From: a virus
Taxonomy: Duplodnaviria > Caudoviricetes
IMG/VR virus record: IMGVR_UViG_3300038674_000376
Span: 1 to 36,302 of that record
Strand: one strand, 5' to 3'
Length of the DNA: 36,302 bases
Positions 36,027 through 36,302 of the stretch are shown piece after piece. The translations under genes and the position numbers were made by a program. Position 1 is the stretch's first letter, and every line of letters starts with the position of its first letter. The notes beneath the pieces were generated by a model. That model did no database searches. It was not told the origin of the DNA and worked only from the letters and a program-made list of their open reading frames with translations.

Positions 36027-36302
36027 CTACTCTACTGGTTCTATTTTGTAAGTGAACTCGCAGTCGTCTTCACGACTAACGAACATACCGCTACATTCTT
36101 CTGCAACACGATTAACGTGCTGCAAACACTCATCATACGTTCCTTCAAAGTCAACATAAGAGATGTCACATCCCCTATATTCCACGACTTTGAATTTACT
36201 CACTAGCCTCTTTTCACCAAGAGGTAGCCCATAATAAATCTGTCCCTCAAAGAGGAACAACTGCTCTAGATAATCAGCATCACTAAGAATGCCAATAACT
36301 AG
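36027..36302 (-). CDS. Hypothetical protein, 5' end outside window (TAG stop)
   Basis: Frame open to the window edge; stop lies in the loop of hairpin AACCAGTAGA/TCTACTGGTT (36015-36040). Confidence 0.7.
   Translation of the reverse strand, partial: LVIGILSDADYLEQLFLFEGQIYYGLPLGEKRLVSKFKVVEYRGCDISYVDFEGTYDECLQHVNRVAEECSGMFVSREDDCEFTYKIEPVE

Noticed and set aside
6237-36206. Numerous + strand ORFs antisense to - strand genes (e.g. 6237-6434, 15058-15375, 17122-17541, 22589-23047, 29798-30139)
   Set aside because: They are shadow ORFs of real genes, with S/F/L-rich composition and no motifs

Overview
This is a 36 kb segment of an AT-rich crAss-like phage (Crassvirales, Bacteroidota host inferred; the PolB-type replication module plus amber recoding suggests the Suoliviridae/delta group). 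The + strand 1-3507 is the 3' part of one giant virion cargo/ejection-type gene. It is open only if TAG is read as sense (14 in-frame TAGs, true stop TAA; probably TAG=Gln, genetic code 15). After a convergent terminator, everything else is on the - strand. It holds a replication/recombination module (PD-(D/E)XK exonuclease, metallophosphoesterase, AAA ATPase, resolvase-like endonuclease, primase, MoxR/CobS-type ATPase plus partner, SSB, Sak4-like ATPase, DnaB, PolB), an ECF-type sigma factor, an amidoligase-like protein and many small early genes. The non-coding content is unusually rich: tRNA-Arg(ACG), tRNA-Met(CAT), a circularly permuted two-piece tmRNA with a readable tag (GKMLINDYTRLSA), three aberrant tRNA-like RNAs, a ~2 kb ORF-free hairpin/pseudoknot-dense region, several multi-stem intergenic RNAs and 11-bp-phased TTTGAAA arrays. 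One replication-module gene, the endonuclease, carries two in-frame TAGs, while four other - strand genes appear to use TAG as stop. All calls are by eye from motifs and base-pairing; no database search or folding program was run.
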